From an uncultured Gammaproteobacteria bacterium (GTDB lineage Bacteria > Patescibacteriota > Patescibacteriia > Magasanikbacterales > UBA922), in NCBI GenBank assembly GCA_964418775.1, contig CAYQNA010000002.1, forward strand, positions 22,181 to 86,180: 64,000 nucleotides of DNA. The letters run 5' to 3'. Positions 31,026-42,500 of this stretch are shown here, piece after piece. The translations under genes and the position numbers were made by a program. The stretch's first letter is position 1. Each line of letters starts with the position of its first letter. The notes beneath the pieces were generated by a model, which worked only from the letters and a program-made list of their open reading frames with translations, did no database searches and was not told the origin of the DNA.

Positions 31026-32378
31026 TTACAAACTAGGGTGCCGTTTGTCGTGCCAAAAATCCATGAGCTTACGGTAAAAACGACGCGGCACACGAGCCAT
31101 ATTCACAATCTTTTCATAAACAGTCAACTGATCAAATTCCTCGTGCAAACGTTTTTGATATTCAGCTTTAAAGGCAGTTATCTCGCTTGGGTTTGGCCAA
31201 ACATGAACCGAAGTATATGCCGCAACAGTCTCTGGGCTCACTTCCACTCCATGAGCCTGTAGTTTAGTAATCATAATTTTTTCGAGCATCCGTGTAATCC
31301 GTTCCGGACTATACACGCTCGTAATTTTAGCCCTTGCCTGTCTGCCTAGTCGCTGCTTTATCTCCGGATTTTGCGCCAAGTACGCCACCGCACGCGCAAA
31401 TGTTTGCGGATAGTTGGCAATTAACCCGGTCTGGTTATGGTCAATTACTTCCAACTGTGCGTTATCGCGAGTAGGCGTGGAATTAACGATGACCGGTTTA
31501 CCAAACAAACCAGCCTCGGCCAAAGTCATACCAAAACCTTCGCCAATTTTTGACGCGTGCACATACACATCTAAGGCTGCATAAAACAAAGCCACCTGGC
31601 GGTCATCGCTCGTCTCATCAAGCATGATAACATGGTCCTTGTACGATGAATTAAGGACCACATTTCGACGCGAAACTGGAATAGCCTGAATAATAAATTT
31701 AACATTTGGCACAATCGTGACCAAATAAGGCATCATGTCGAGTAACAAATCGCTCCACTTGGCAATATGTGGCCGTCCCATTTTACCAATCACAAAATCA
31801 CCTTTCTTAACCCCAATCTTGTCCTTAAAATTGGCAATTTCAGCCTGGGTTAACGGATTGCGCTCAAATGTGGACGCATCAACTGGATAATGCAACACGC
31901 CCATCTTCGTAAAATCCTCGTGTCCAGCTTCTTTTACATAGCGCTCGTTAAACATCATCTGACTAACTTGCAAACTACAGTCAATCAAGGGAAATGCCTG
32001 CGGGTCAAACCGACCAAAAACATTGGTCTCGATAATCACAATTTCTGGACTAGCCTTTTTAATAGCTTGCAGCAACTCGAACTGAAACTGGTTATACTGC
32101 CCAGAACGGTGAATGTGAACTACTTGAATTTTTTCTTTACACACCAAATCCGCCACCACAGACGCATTATTATGCGCCACCACATATGGCACTTCCATTT
32201 CACGAAGCTCTTTCTCCCGCGGACCACCTTCGCTAAACGCAGCAGCATGCACAGTAAAAAAACGCCGGTCCAAATTACGACAAAAGTTGATTACTGTCCG
32301 CTGTGTACCTGCATACCCAAACGAATCTACCAATTCCAAGACTTTAATTTTTATATTTGTCATACTATGATAAACCAA
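31026..32378 (-). CDS. GT4 glycosyltransferase
   Basis: GEGFGMTLAEA motif; GT-B layout. Confidence 0.85.
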   Translation of the reverse strand: MVYHSMTNIKIKVLELVDSFGYAGTQRTVINFCRNLDRRFFTVHAAAFSEGGPREKELREMEVPYVVAHNNASVVADLVCKEKIQVVHIHRSGQYNQFQFELLQAIKKASPEIVIIETNVFGRFDPQAFPLIDCSLQVSQMMFNERYVKEAGHEDFTKMGVLHYPVDASTFERNPLTQAEIANFKDKIGVKKGDFVIGKMGRPHIAKWSDLLLDMMPYLVTIVPNVKFIIQAIPVSRRNVVLNSSYKDHVIMLDETSDDRQVALFYAALDVYVHASKIGEGFGMTLAEAGLFGKPVIVNSTPTRDNAQLEVIDHNQTGLIANYPQTFARAVAYLAQNPEIKQRLGRQARAKITSVYSPERITRMLEKIMITKLQAHGVEVSPETVAAYTSVHVWPNPSEITAFKAEYQKRLHEEFDQLTVYEKIVNMARVPRRFYRKLMDFWHDKRHPSL

Positions 32379-33156
32379 ATAATTTTCGCCACCCCAATGT
32401 CACAAAATTAACCAATGAACCCCAAGCCGTAACTTTATTTTTTTGTTTAAATTCAGATGTAAATACCTCCGGTACGGGTTCGGCAATTGCGCGTCCAATC
32501 CAGAAATACGTTAGCCGCTGCTTGCGGCGTCGCGACCCGCCCGAGCTATAATCATCCTGATCCTGACTAGACCGTTTAAGGTGACTTACATGCCAATACC
32601 GCGCTTGCATAAAATGCGTACCACTACCTAGTATTGATACCCCATCACCAAACACCAAGGCATCCTGATTATACTCACCCAGCCACCGAACTCCATTGTG
32701 TTTTCTAATCACCCGCGGCGAGAAAAAGCCCCTACGACCCAAAATTGTGAAATCACCCGTTCTATAATACTGGTGGAAAATATCACCAACACACAGGTAA
32801 AAAGGCACAACCAAACAAGTCGCCGATTCCTGAGTAATACACTCCTTCATCTCGGTCAACCCACGTTCAGTCCAGATCTCATCCCCATCTAGAATCATAA
32901 ACCAGTCCGTGGTGGTTGCGGCAATCATTGTTTGGCGCAAGACAGTGTGCTGCTCTTTATTACACGGACCTTTTTGTTCAAAATGTATCTTTTCCGGATA
33001 TTTTTTAACAAGTTTTTCAATGATCTCAACTGTTGCATCAGTTGAACCAGTGTCATACACCAAAACTTTGTCCACAGCATTGATAACCGAAGCAATTGCA
33101 AAACCAACAAAATTTTCTTCGTTTTTAACAATACAATGGGCAGTTATTGTTGGCAT
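32365..33156 (-). CDS. GT2 glycosyltransferase
   Basis: IVKNEE, DTGSTDAT, ILDGDE. Confidence 0.85.
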   Translation of the reverse strand: MPTITAHCIVKNEENFVGFAIASVINAVDKVLVYDTGSTDATVEIIEKLVKKYPEKIHFEQKGPCNKEQHTVLRQTMIAATTTDWFMILDGDEIWTERGLTEMKECITQESATCLVVPFYLCVGDIFHQYYRTGDFTILGRRGFFSPRVIRKHNGVRWLGEYNQDALVFGDGVSILGSGTHFMQARYWHVSHLKRSSQDQDDYSSGGSRRRKQRLTYFWIGRAIAEPVPEVFTSEFKQKNKVTAWGSLVNFVTLGWRKLFGLS

Positions 33157-33157
33157 A

Positions 33158-34459
33158 CTACAACTTTGGAATCTCTTTTTTCTTAAGTAAATACATAGCC
33201 GAGCCTGCGTTATACAATTGCGAAACTACGATACCAATACAAAACACCAAGCCAGCGCCGATTAGGCCAAACCGTGGTATTAGCGCATAACATAGAACAA
33301 TGTTCAAAACCAACTGGATTGCACCAGAAAACGCCACGAGTTCAGTGCGATTATACACAGTGATAATTAATGAAACAGGAATTGTTACAAATGTCATTAA
33401 CATGCTATAGCTAAGCAGCAAATACAGGGGCATGGCAGCTTGATACGCACCGCCAAAAAACCAACTTACCAAAAATTGAGTGGGGTAAATCAACACTGCC
33501 AGGGCTATTGCACTTGGCACAATGTAACGCCAAATGCGACGGACAAATTGCGTAACTTCAGTTCGATTTGTTAACGCATTCATCTTTGGCAGTAAAACCG
33601 AGGTCATGGCTTGTATTCCCAATGAGTACACAAACACAAATTGAAAAGCCGCTGCGTACAGAGCCACCTCTTTTAGGCCCAAAAAACGGCTAATTAAGCT
33701 TTGGTCAACTCGGGCCGAAATAATTGCACACAAGGACCAGATCGTTAGCCAAAAACTAAACCTGGCCAAATTCTGGTTAATTTCCCGCTTAACCTGGGGC
33801 TCAGTTTTAACTTGCCAAAAGTGAGCTGGTAAAAATTGGTACGTGACCAAAAGTAACACCCACGGCACGCCAATGTACACGGTTAGAATCGCGATTAAGT
33901 CAGTAACCCCAAACCACAGCAACACCCCAACCACCACGACCCGCAGTACACCTTTTAATGCCTGAACTACAGACGTATGCACAAAGCGCTGTGTGGCCTG
34001 TAAATACGTTGTTACAAAACCAAGTAACACAACCCCGCCAATCCCCCAGAACGAAAACCTCACATAATCAACAATCCCAGGTTGATTGAAAATTACTAGT
34101 GCTATTAACGGAGACAGTGCCAGACCACCAAACGTCAAAACAACCGAAAACCACACACGCCACAACCACACTGTTTTAACCAGTTGTTTGAGTTTTGAAT
34201 CCTGTTGTAAGCGCGCATAGTACGGCACAAAACGGAGCAAACCGCTATTAAGTCCAAAATCAGAGAGTTCAGATACAGTACCCAACACCAAGACTGATAA
34301 TGAAAAAGCACCGAAGGCTTCTGGAGGCAAATTCCGAGCTAAAACTAAATTCAGCAAAAACAATGACAGACCATTTAAAAATGAACCAACATACACAAAC
34401 CCAAACTCATGTAGAGTTTTTTTACGCACAATCATCATTAAACGATTAAACCAAGTCAT
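33158..34459 (-). CDS. wzx: Oligosaccharide flippase (Wzx/MOP family)
   Basis: LARNLPPEAFG, SDFGL, RVDQ, LIPRFGLIGA; 12-14 TMs. Confidence 0.88.
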   Translation of the reverse strand: MTWFNRLMMIVRKKTLHEFGFVYVGSFLNGLSLFLLNLVLARNLPPEAFGAFSLSVLVLGTVSELSDFGLNSGLLRFVPYYARLQQDSKLKQLVKTVWLWRVWFSVVLTFGGLALSPLIALVIFNQPGIVDYVRFSFWGIGGVVLLGFVTTYLQATQRFVHTSVVQALKGVLRVVVVGVLLWFGVTDLIAILTVYIGVPWVLLLVTYQFLPAHFWQVKTEPQVKREINQNLARFSFWLTIWSLCAIISARVDQSLISRFLGLKEVALYAAAFQFVFVYSLGIQAMTSVLLPKMNALTNRTEVTQFVRRIWRYIVPSAIALAVLIYPTQFLVSWFFGGAYQAAMPLYLLLSYSMLMTFVTIPVSLIITVYNRTELVAFSGAIQLVLNIVLCYALIPRFGLIGAGLVFCIGIVVSQLYNAGSAMYLLKKKEIPKL

Positions 34460-35927
34460 ATTTTTTTTGACGCCATTGCCACACCCAATACAAAGGGGGG
34501 ACGATAATACCCAATGTTACAAAATAGGCCATTGGCAAAATATCTACTCCTCCCCCATTCCATTGCTGAGGTACATAAAAAAGCAGTCCCGCAAAACTCA
34601 AAGCTCCAAGCAATGTCCGATTAAGCGAGACTGGTTTGCACATTGTCAAAATTAAACCAAACGGGATAAGCCACGCAAAGTACCAAGGCCAGAATGATTT
34701 TTGCCAAACCAGTAAATAGACGAGCAATGTCACATATACTGCTTGGATATAATCAAGCAATTGCCACTGTTGTTTTTGATGCACCAATTGCCAGGCCGCG
34801 CGCAAGTAGGGATAGAGCAAATATAAAGCCAAAACCAACAACCCGCCCTGGACCACACTAGTTACAAGCAAATGAGCTTTGCCACCGAGCCAGGGCTGCA
34901 CAATTGGAAAAACCGTGTAATACACAGTGGAAAACAAACTCGAAACTGCCCATTTGGACTGACGCACCAACCCCGCAAACACACCTGGGCCGGCCCATAG
35001 CCCAAACCACGACACCCAAGTTACTACGCTAGTAATAACAATGGCCCGTATTGCTTGTCCAGCTCCACGCTGCCAATGGCTGCGAGTGACCCCACTCCAC
35101 CACCACAAAGCAAACCAGGGAACCAATAAAATCGGAATAAACTTAAGCCAAACCCCCATTGCCAAAAACGCCGCTACCAGTCCCCAACGCTTTTTTTGAG
35201 CCGCCGCAAACGCCCCCACAATTGTCAGCACCCACAAACCATCAAAGTGCCCATTACCAATCCATTCCCACAGCACGAGTGGCTGGGCCAACCAAAATAA
35301 ACTCATCTTTTGTGGCGATGATTGCACACTCAGTGAACGCGCCAATGCCCACACCGCCACGGTCACTGCTGCCCACACGACCAACATTAAAATTTTCCAA
35401 TACACAATAAACAACAGCAGTTGCCCATTGGACCAATTATAAAAATTTGCAAACAAACGTACCATGAGTGGGCCATACATAACCCCTTGTTCAGTCGAAA
35501 TCTGAGCTGGCTCAACCAGTGGAATCGTTCTAAGCCAAGGCTCAGCATATGGATTTTGTCCTACAGCCACACTCCGCCCCACACTAAAATAGAACTGCAC
35601 ATCCCCCGATGTAAATGGAGCTACCAAAAAACTTCCAGCCAACGCAATCACTAAACAAAGCCCAATTATCCACCGTGGCCGCACCTCGCTTTCTGATTTA
35701 GACCAAGTACGCCATAAGCCATAACCACCAATCGCCAGTAAACTCATAATTATGCCCACCACCAACGCTTGCCACACATGCGGCACCTGGGCACAGCCAG
35801 GCCAGTTGTTCAAAAATAAGCACTGATTATCGCGAATCGATCTCCACTGCACCAGAGTAATTATGGCAGCAAAAAGCCATGCCAACACAGTCGCACCCAA
35901 AGCTATCGTTGTGCGCCAGTGTTTCAT
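34446..35927 (-). CDS. GT-C membrane glycosyltransferase (GT87/MptB-like)
   Basis: SGDVQFY, GQNPY, MYGPL, GNGHFD, FWPWY. Confidence 0.78.
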   Translation of the reverse strand: MKHWRTTIALGATVLAWLFAAIITLVQWRSIRDNQCLFLNNWPGCAQVPHVWQALVVGIIMSLLAIGGYGLWRTWSKSESEVRPRWIIGLCLVIALAGSFLVAPFTSGDVQFYFSVGRSVAVGQNPYAEPWLRTIPLVEPAQISTEQGVMYGPLMVRLFANFYNWSNGQLLLFIVYWKILMLVVWAAVTVAVWALARSLSVQSSPQKMSLFWLAQPLVLWEWIGNGHFDGLWVLTIVGAFAAAQKKRWGLVAAFLAMGVWLKFIPILLVPWFALWWWSGVTRSHWQRGAGQAIRAIVITSVVTWVSWFGLWAGPGVFAGLVRQSKWAVSSLFSTVYYTVFPIVQPWLGGKAHLLVTSVVQGGLLVLALYLLYPYLRAAWQLVHQKQQWQLLDYIQAVYVTLLVYLLVWQKSFWPWYFAWLIPFGLILTMCKPVSLNRTLLGALSFAGLLFYVPQQWNGGGVDILPMAYFVTLGIIVPPLYWVWQWRQKKYDLV

Positions 35928-35928
35928 A

Positions 35929-36654
35929 TTATTTTTTAGCCACCACTAACAGTGACAACCCCCAAGGCAAATGTCCCAAAAATCTAAAAGTTCCCACCTC
36001 CACCGCATACCAAACCCCCATCACACTATTCACGAATGGATTAGACTGAGCCACGTCTGAAACCGTATCTCGCAAACCCAACGTTTTCTTTACTAATCGT
36101 ATAAACAGTGCTGGAAGAAAAATCGCAGTGTGGATCCATGTCATGCGTTCAATTTGGAACTCTGGACTAATCAAGTCTTGCAATGTTTGTTTGTTGTAAC
36201 GACGCTTGTGGTGCAAGGCCACGTCATGATATGAAAATAAAAATTGGTGGGCCGGTACTGTGGCCACCAAAAGTCCACCTGGTTTTAGGACGCGTTTAAT
36301 CTCACGAACAGCCGCACCGGCATCATCTAAATGTTCAAGGACATCCAAAGCAAAAACCACATCAAACAAAGCGTCTGCAGATTGCATGGCGTCGGCCAAA
36401 CCATACGATACACGCAATCCTTTTTGTCGACAGTACTGCAAAGCGGTTTGGCTCATGTCTACGCCATGTACATCATACCCCTTTGTTTGCAAAAAACGCA
36501 TCACCGCACCCGTCCCACACCCAACATCGAGCACACGTAACTTACCAACCGGTGCGTACTTAGCCAACACCACGCTCAAAAATTGGCGCTTAGCCTTAAA
36601 CCACCAATGGTCTGTTTCAAGTACATCCATTTTACGATATTCCTGCTCTTCCAT
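35929..36654 (-). CDS. Class I SAM methyltransferase
   Basis: HWWF, LDVGCGTG, LDVLEHL, HKRRY; likely start MEEQEY. Confidence 0.88.
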   Translation of the reverse strand: MEEQEYRKMDVLETDHWWFKAKRQFLSVVLAKYAPVGKLRVLDVGCGTGAVMRFLQTKGYDVHGVDMSQTALQYCRQKGLRVSYGLADAMQSADALFDVVFALDVLEHLDDAGAAVREIKRVLKPGGLLVATVPAHQFLFSYHDVALHHKRRYNKQTLQDLISPEFQIERMTWIHTAIFLPALFIRLVKKTLGLRDTVSDVAQSNPFVNSVMGVWYAVEVGTFRFLGHLPWGLSLLVVAKK

Positions 36655-36659
36655 ACAAT

Positions 36660-37382
36660 TTATCGATAATGGCCCCGATGTCGATGCCACGACATTGTAG
36701 CTAACTCACCCAAAGTTTGTATCACTGCTTTTCCAACCCGCACCCGCGAATCCTGGTCATGCGACCACTCTACCGGAATTTCCCGAATTGCTAATTTTTG
36801 TAAACGCGCAATATACAATAGCTCAGTGTCAAATCCCCAACGATCTAAACGGGCGCGTGAAAAAATTGTCTGCACTGCTGTCCGTGAAAAACATTTAAAA
36901 CCACACGTAAAATCGGTTACACCTGGCACCCACAAATTGGAAATTCGAGTAAACGCTTGACCAAGCAGGCTGCGCATCCATGATTCTGGTCGCTTTACTT
37001 GTGACTGCCCCAAGCGTCGACTTCCAATTACCACAGCATCGTTTGGCGACAGGGTATCTTTTAACTCGCTAAATGTCTTAAGCGGTGTAGCCAAATCAAC
37101 ATCAAAAAATAATACCCACTCCCCTGTTGCAGCCAAAGCACCCGTGCGCACCGCATAACCCTTGCCACGGTTTTGGGCATAACTTAGCACACGACACCCG
37201 TATTTTTTTTCATAATCACCCAAAAGGGCCGCTGTACCATCGGTTGAGCCATCGTTAACTAAAATTAACTCCACTGGAACATCAACACTACTAAAAAAAT
37301 TAGTAATCTGCCCAATATTTTTTGGCAAACGCTTTTCTTCATTGTACACAGGAATGACCACGGAAAACACGGGTTCAGCCAT
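36660..37382 (-). CDS. Dolichyl-phosphate beta-glucosyltransferase-like GT2
   Basis: NRGKGYAVR, FDVDLATP, DFTCGFKCF, WGFDTE. Confidence 0.88.
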   Translation of the reverse strand: MAEPVFSVVIPVYNEEKRLPKNIGQITNFFSSVDVPVELILVNDGSTDGTAALLGDYEKKYGCRVLSYAQNRGKGYAVRTGALAATGEWVLFFDVDLATPLKTFSELKDTLSPNDAVVIGSRRLGQSQVKRPESWMRSLLGQAFTRISNLWVPGVTDFTCGFKCFSRTAVQTIFSRARLDRWGFDTELLYIARLQKLAIREIPVEWSHDQDSRVRVGKAVIQTLGELATMSWHRHRGHYR

Positions 37383-37387
37383 ACATT

Positions 37388-39397
37388 CTATTTGGTTCCA
37401 TTAATGATTGCTCTAACCTGCTCGCCTTCTACACCAAAGGTTATGCCGCTTTTATCAGCGTCTGCATAGAGAGCTTTAGCCTTAGCTGTGTCCCCGTTTT
37501 CGTGATAGGCCAACGCCAAACGCCACCAAGCAGCCTCGATTGTTTTATCTGCTTCCCATGCCTGCGTTAAAATTGCGACCGACTTGTCACGCTGACCAGT
37601 TTGGGAATAAATTGCCGCTAATAAAAACTGAACCTGCTGACGACGTGGCGACTTAGTGAGCGCATCTTCCAAAGCCTCTTGTGCTTCGAGCAGATAGCTA
37701 GGCTTATTTTCCAACTGCGAACCAACTAATGCTAACTGGGCAATATTTAGCTGATTGCGGATATCATACGGATGCATTAGACGATTCTGTTTTAGCCCTT
37801 CATACGCGGGCTTAAACAGTGTAAGCGCGATATCTTGACGTTTAGCCTGCTTATACTGTGGAATCAGCTGGTCAACAACACGCGCAAAATCAGCGCGTAT
37901 GTCGTCCACATGTGGTGATTTCGAAAGCAGGGCCTGATTATAATAATCCAAAGCCAATACTGGATTTGAATATAACGATTGCAGAGCCTTGAGCGTAAGC
38001 TTATTTCCGTTTGCCACACGTATATTAGTAGTATAGATCACAAGCGCGGCCACTATACCCGCCGTCACCAATAATCCCGTACCAACCTGTTTATCAGACC
38101 CCAGCTTAACGGTCTGCGGTTGCATAGCCAGCTGATTCAACATGGCCAATGTGAAAAATAGATATAACATTGAGGTTGGGTTTTCAAACACAAATGTTGC
38201 CTGCACCAAATGTGCGGTCAAAAATCCCAACCCAAACACTAGCACTGGCAAGTCAATCCGCTTAGCTCGATAGGCGCCAATCAACATCCAACCAGCTGCC
38301 CCAAAAATCCCCAAAAATGCAACCACACCAATTGCACCCTGCGTAGCCAACGTATTCATGATAATATTGTGTGCGTTATCAAACCACGTTTCACCCCAAC
38401 CATAGCGTAAAAATTCCGGACGGTAATACTCGTTAAACGCGTAAAAGAAATTATTTACACCCCAACCAAACACTGGCTTTTCTTGCCATGCCTCAATTGC
38501 AATCTGCCACGACATAATACGGGTACCAGCCGTTGCACTGCTGACACTGGTATTTACCAGCACACCTACCGCAGGAATGTTGCGAACAAATGAGGTGGTG
38601 CGGAAGGCATAGAGTAGCGCCACCACTGCAACCCCAGCTATAGCGGCCCCACCTACCCATTTACGAATTTGCGAACCACGTGACGAAGTCACCACCAATG
38701 TAATTGCTGACACAATCAAACCAGCAGCCAACCCCACTAATGTGCCGCGCGTACCACTGAACAGCAAACCAGCTACCCCAAACAGTCCAGTCGTAATCGC
38801 ATACATCCGCCAGGCACGTTCACGTTCACGCCATCCAGCAAAAACAGACAAGAAAATTAAAAACAAACCATACCCACCCAGGTAAATCGAATTCCCAAGC
38901 GTACCAGCCACACGTTGCGAGCCATTATTCAACAGTAATGTTGGATTGATTTTTTGTCCCACCCCCACCACCATCACTACTGTAGCCGCGGCCATAAAAC
39001 AACGAAGTAACCATTCCCACTTTGCCTTATCAAACCCAACGTGAGTAAGCACGAAATAAAATGCAATATAGTGAGTCAACGTAAAGACACCCAGCATACG
39101 CTCGTGGCCATCCCAAAAACTGCGATACCAATCCACACTTGTAAATGTGGACAGTAGTAAGCTGACCAGATATACGAGCACCGCAATGGTAATCGGAGTC
39201 AAACGAACTTTATAACGTTGGTAATTGAGCCCCAACAGTAGCCCATAAGTCGCCAACATTAAAACAGCAATAGTTCTAAACCATAAAACTTTTGGGACAA
39301 CAAAAGGGAAAATGTAGGTCTGGTATGACACTATCCAGGGCACCAAAAACGTCACAATCGCGGCCCCAAACACACTTTTCTCCAAAAAATTACGCAT
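37388..39397 (-). CDS. O-antigen ligase/oligosaccharyltransferase-like (Wzy_C) protein with C-terminal TPRs
   Basis: GTLGNSIY, SGTRG, PVFGWG, FDNAHN; helical TPR tail; likely start MRNFLEK. Confidence 0.85.
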   Translation of the reverse strand: MRNFLEKSVFGAAIVTFLVPWIVSYQTYIFPFVVPKVLWFRTIAVLMLATYGLLLGLNYQRYKVRLTPITIAVLVYLVSLLLSTFTSVDWYRSFWDGHERMLGVFTLTHYIAFYFVLTHVGFDKAKWEWLLRCFMAAATVVMVVGVGQKINPTLLLNNGSQRVAGTLGNSIYLGGYGLFLIFLSVFAGWRERERAWRMYAITTGLFGVAGLLFSGTRGTLVGLAAGLIVSAITLVVTSSRGSQIRKWVGGAAIAGVAVVALLYAFRTTSFVRNIPAVGVLVNTSVSSATAGTRIMSWQIAIEAWQEKPVFGWGVNNFFYAFNEYYRPEFLRYGWGETWFDNAHNIIMNTLATQGAIGVVAFLGIFGAAGWMLIGAYRAKRIDLPVLVFGLGFLTAHLVQATFVFENPTSMLYLFFTLAMLNQLAMQPQTVKLGSDKQVGTGLLVTAGIVAALVIYTTNIRVANGNKLTLKALQSLYSNPVLALDYYNQALLSKSPHVDDIRADFARVVDQLIPQYKQAKRQDIALTLFKPAYEGLKQNRLMHPYDIRNQLNIAQLALVGSQLENKPSYLLEAQEALEDALTKSPRRQQVQFLLAAIYSQTGQRDKSVAILTQAWEADKTIEAAWWRLALAYHENGDTAKAKALYADADKSGITFGVEGEQVRAIINGTK

Positions 39398-39475
39398 AAA
39401 TACGGCAAAATAAAACCCCTTATAGCCAGTATAATACCCGATTTTAAGGAGGTGTACAAGTCCGATAAAAACCAA

Positions 39476-39500
39476 AAACCCCCCGAATACTCGGGGGGTT
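39476..39500 (-). terminator. Intrinsic terminator after the S-layer gene
   Basis: AACCCCCCGA-ATAC-TCGGGGGGTT with A-run on the plus side. Confidence 0.75.
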
Positions 39501-39536
39501 AGAGGTTCTACCGTGTTGCGGTATTTGCCTAGACCA

Positions 39537-42500
39537 TTAGATGGCCAAAGACAAACTTGGACCGTTAACAGGGTAAGAATCTGAAGCTGAGTAAGCGGTT
39601 GTGTTGATAGAACCGTTTACTGGTGTGTAGAAATATTGAATCACACCGTCAGCCCAGTTTGCTTCGTGTGTGGCGTTGCCAGACACGTAACCACGAGAAC
39701 CAGCCAAAGACGCAGATACTGTAACAGTACTTGGGTACGAAGTTCTACCGGCTGCAATATTATTAGTATTAGCAGTCAATACAAATGTACGAGAAGCACC
39801 TGGAGCGATCTGGATGTCTTCGAACAAGCTCTGGCTATCGGAATCTACACCGAACACGAGGTTCAAGGAACTTGTAACCGAGTTGGCACAAGCACCAGTA
39901 GCATCCGAAGCAGTAGCACCAATACCACCAGCGATACAAGCTGAACCAGTAACACCACCCGAAGAGTTTGTGTTATTAGCCAAACTACTTGTAGCAAGGG
40001 TCTGACTGTTGAAGCCAGCACCTTCAGCGTCGTGTAATTCGAAGCCGTAGATAGTACCAGTACCACTTGTTGCACCACTAGCCAACAAGCCACTTACCTG
40101 CACGTTGATCGTGGTTGTACTCATCTTCATTGGGCGATCACCTTGGTTAGTAACGGTGAAGCGGAAGATCTGAGACTGTGTTAGTTTGGACAAGGCAGTG
40201 CCATTGGCCAAAGTTTCACTTACGATCTTTGGAGCAGCGTTGTGGAACAAATAGAATGTAGTTGTAGCGTGTGTAGCGTTGTATGTCTGACCACTTGCAC
40301 CAAAGTCAAGCATTGTATTCTCTACAGTACCACCCGACGAGCGTAACATCTCGAAGTTAGTTGTAGATGTAGGAGCAATGAAGAAAGCAGAGGTAGTAGC
40401 AGGAGACATTACGCCCGAACCAGTAATTTGACCCATGAGGACCAAATACTTAGTTGTGTTAGCCTTGATGGTCAACATGTTGCTCTTTTCAAAGCGAACG
40501 TTACCACTGGCGTATGGCGATTCGTCAAGCGAAGCACTCATGGCATCGGCATCGTACAAAGACAATGTACCGAATTCAGAAGCCTCAGTCTTAGTTGAAC
40601 CATCTGGACGAGATACGAGGAACGTAATCTTGTTCAAGGTAACATCTTCGTTCTGAGCTTCAACCTTCCACTTACCAAGTTGTACTGGAGCAGTAGAAGG
40701 AGTGTAGAGCTTCGAAACTGTAGTGGTGTCGTTAATAGCCGAGATAATAACGTTAGCAGCGCCAACTGTCATTGTCTGACCAAGAACTGGATCACCAGTC
40801 TGTGGATTATTGGTTGAGAGACCAATGTATGTGAATGAGGAAAGACCCCAAACATACGAGCCGCTCGATACAGCAGAGCTGACATCACCAACAATCTGCA
40901 CAACCTTCAAAGCATTGGCTGGAACACTACCAACTGTAGTGTTGTCAATTGAGAAGGCGTTCGAAGAAGTTGCAGGAGCACTGATAGTAGCACCAACCTG
41001 TGTCAAAGACGCAGTCGATGTACCCATCATGAGCTTAAGATTCTTCACACCGCCGTTTACGATGAGTGCGTCACCAGTGCTGCTGACCGAAACGTTGGTC
41101 AAGCGAACACCTTCGGCACTACCGGCCTGAACTACGAACTGAGCCAATACAACGCCAGTACGACCGGCCGAAACAGTACCACTACCCACTGAAGTATCTT
41201 TCGATACAGTCAAGTTGGAAGCCTGTACAGTTACCGTGTTGCCCGAAGTACCTACGTTAGAACTACTTGGCAAGTTTTCAGCGTATGTCTGACTAGAAAC
41301 ACGACGAGCATAGAAGTTACCTACACTTACGAGGTAACCAGTCGATGTTGCGTTCGAGTTGATGTCACCGCGGACATACAATTTCTTAGTCTGACCAGAT
41401 GGGATTGTCCAGTACTGGGACAAGTTGCGCTGACTACCACCGGCGTAGAGAGCATCAGAAGCCGAGCTGGCAGCAAACTGAGCGAGAGTATCGCCATTGT
41501 CAGCTACCAAGCGGAGGTTACCAGTCAAGGCCATTGTAGGACCAGAAGTGGTAATACCAACGCCGATCTTCTGAATTTCGAGATCTTCACCAACAGCAGT
41601 TACGTCAAACGAAGCCAACTCTACATCAGTAGAACCAGCCGATACGTTGCCGCTCTTGGAAGCCTGGCTCTTAGAGAGAGTCAAGGAACCTTCGCGAACT
41701 TTGAAGTAACCGTCAGCAGCGCCAGTAGCTACGAAACTACTTGGCAATAACTGATAGTGCAAAGCATTGTCTTCTACCATTACGTCAAAATCATTCTGGA
41801 TCTTGGCGCGGAGGTAGTTGCCCGAACCATCCGACACCTTAGCGCGGAGAGTTACGATGCGGTTCTGACTCATTGGAACGATGTATGGACTGGTGAACTT
41901 TACAGTTACGTAACGATTACCAGCGTATTCGGTCTTACCGAGCACAGTGTTGTCCTGGCCCAAAACTTCAAAGTTAGTGAAGTCTTTGTCACGAGCATTG
42001 CCTTCCAAGAAGAAGACGATACCGTTAACAGCCAAGTTGTTGCGGCCCGAAGTTTCCGCAAAGCGGAACTTACCGATTTCCTTAACATCACCAACCGATA
42101 CGTTAGCAGCGTCGCCAGAAGCGGAGTTACCACCTACAGCTGTCGAAGTAACAGTAAAGGAGGACAATGAGTTGCCACCGTCAACAACACTCATGATGTT
42201 ACCAGCAACTGGGAAGGAACCTTCCACAGACGAGGCATCAGTCATGATGTGAGCTTTGTCAGCAATCGAAGCACCAACCGAGCCGGAGCCGGCGTCGCTC
42301 GAAAGATTGAAAGCAACAGTAACAACTTCTGTGGAACCAGCAGCTACCAAGATTGGATCGCTACCAAAACCAACAGTAACCTGGTTACTGGAGTTGAAGG
42401 AAGTCATTACGTTACCTTTGCGGTAACCGGCAGAATTCCAAACACTTACACCAGTAACGTAGGTGTTGTTGATAAGACCATTACGAGTAATAGTCAAACC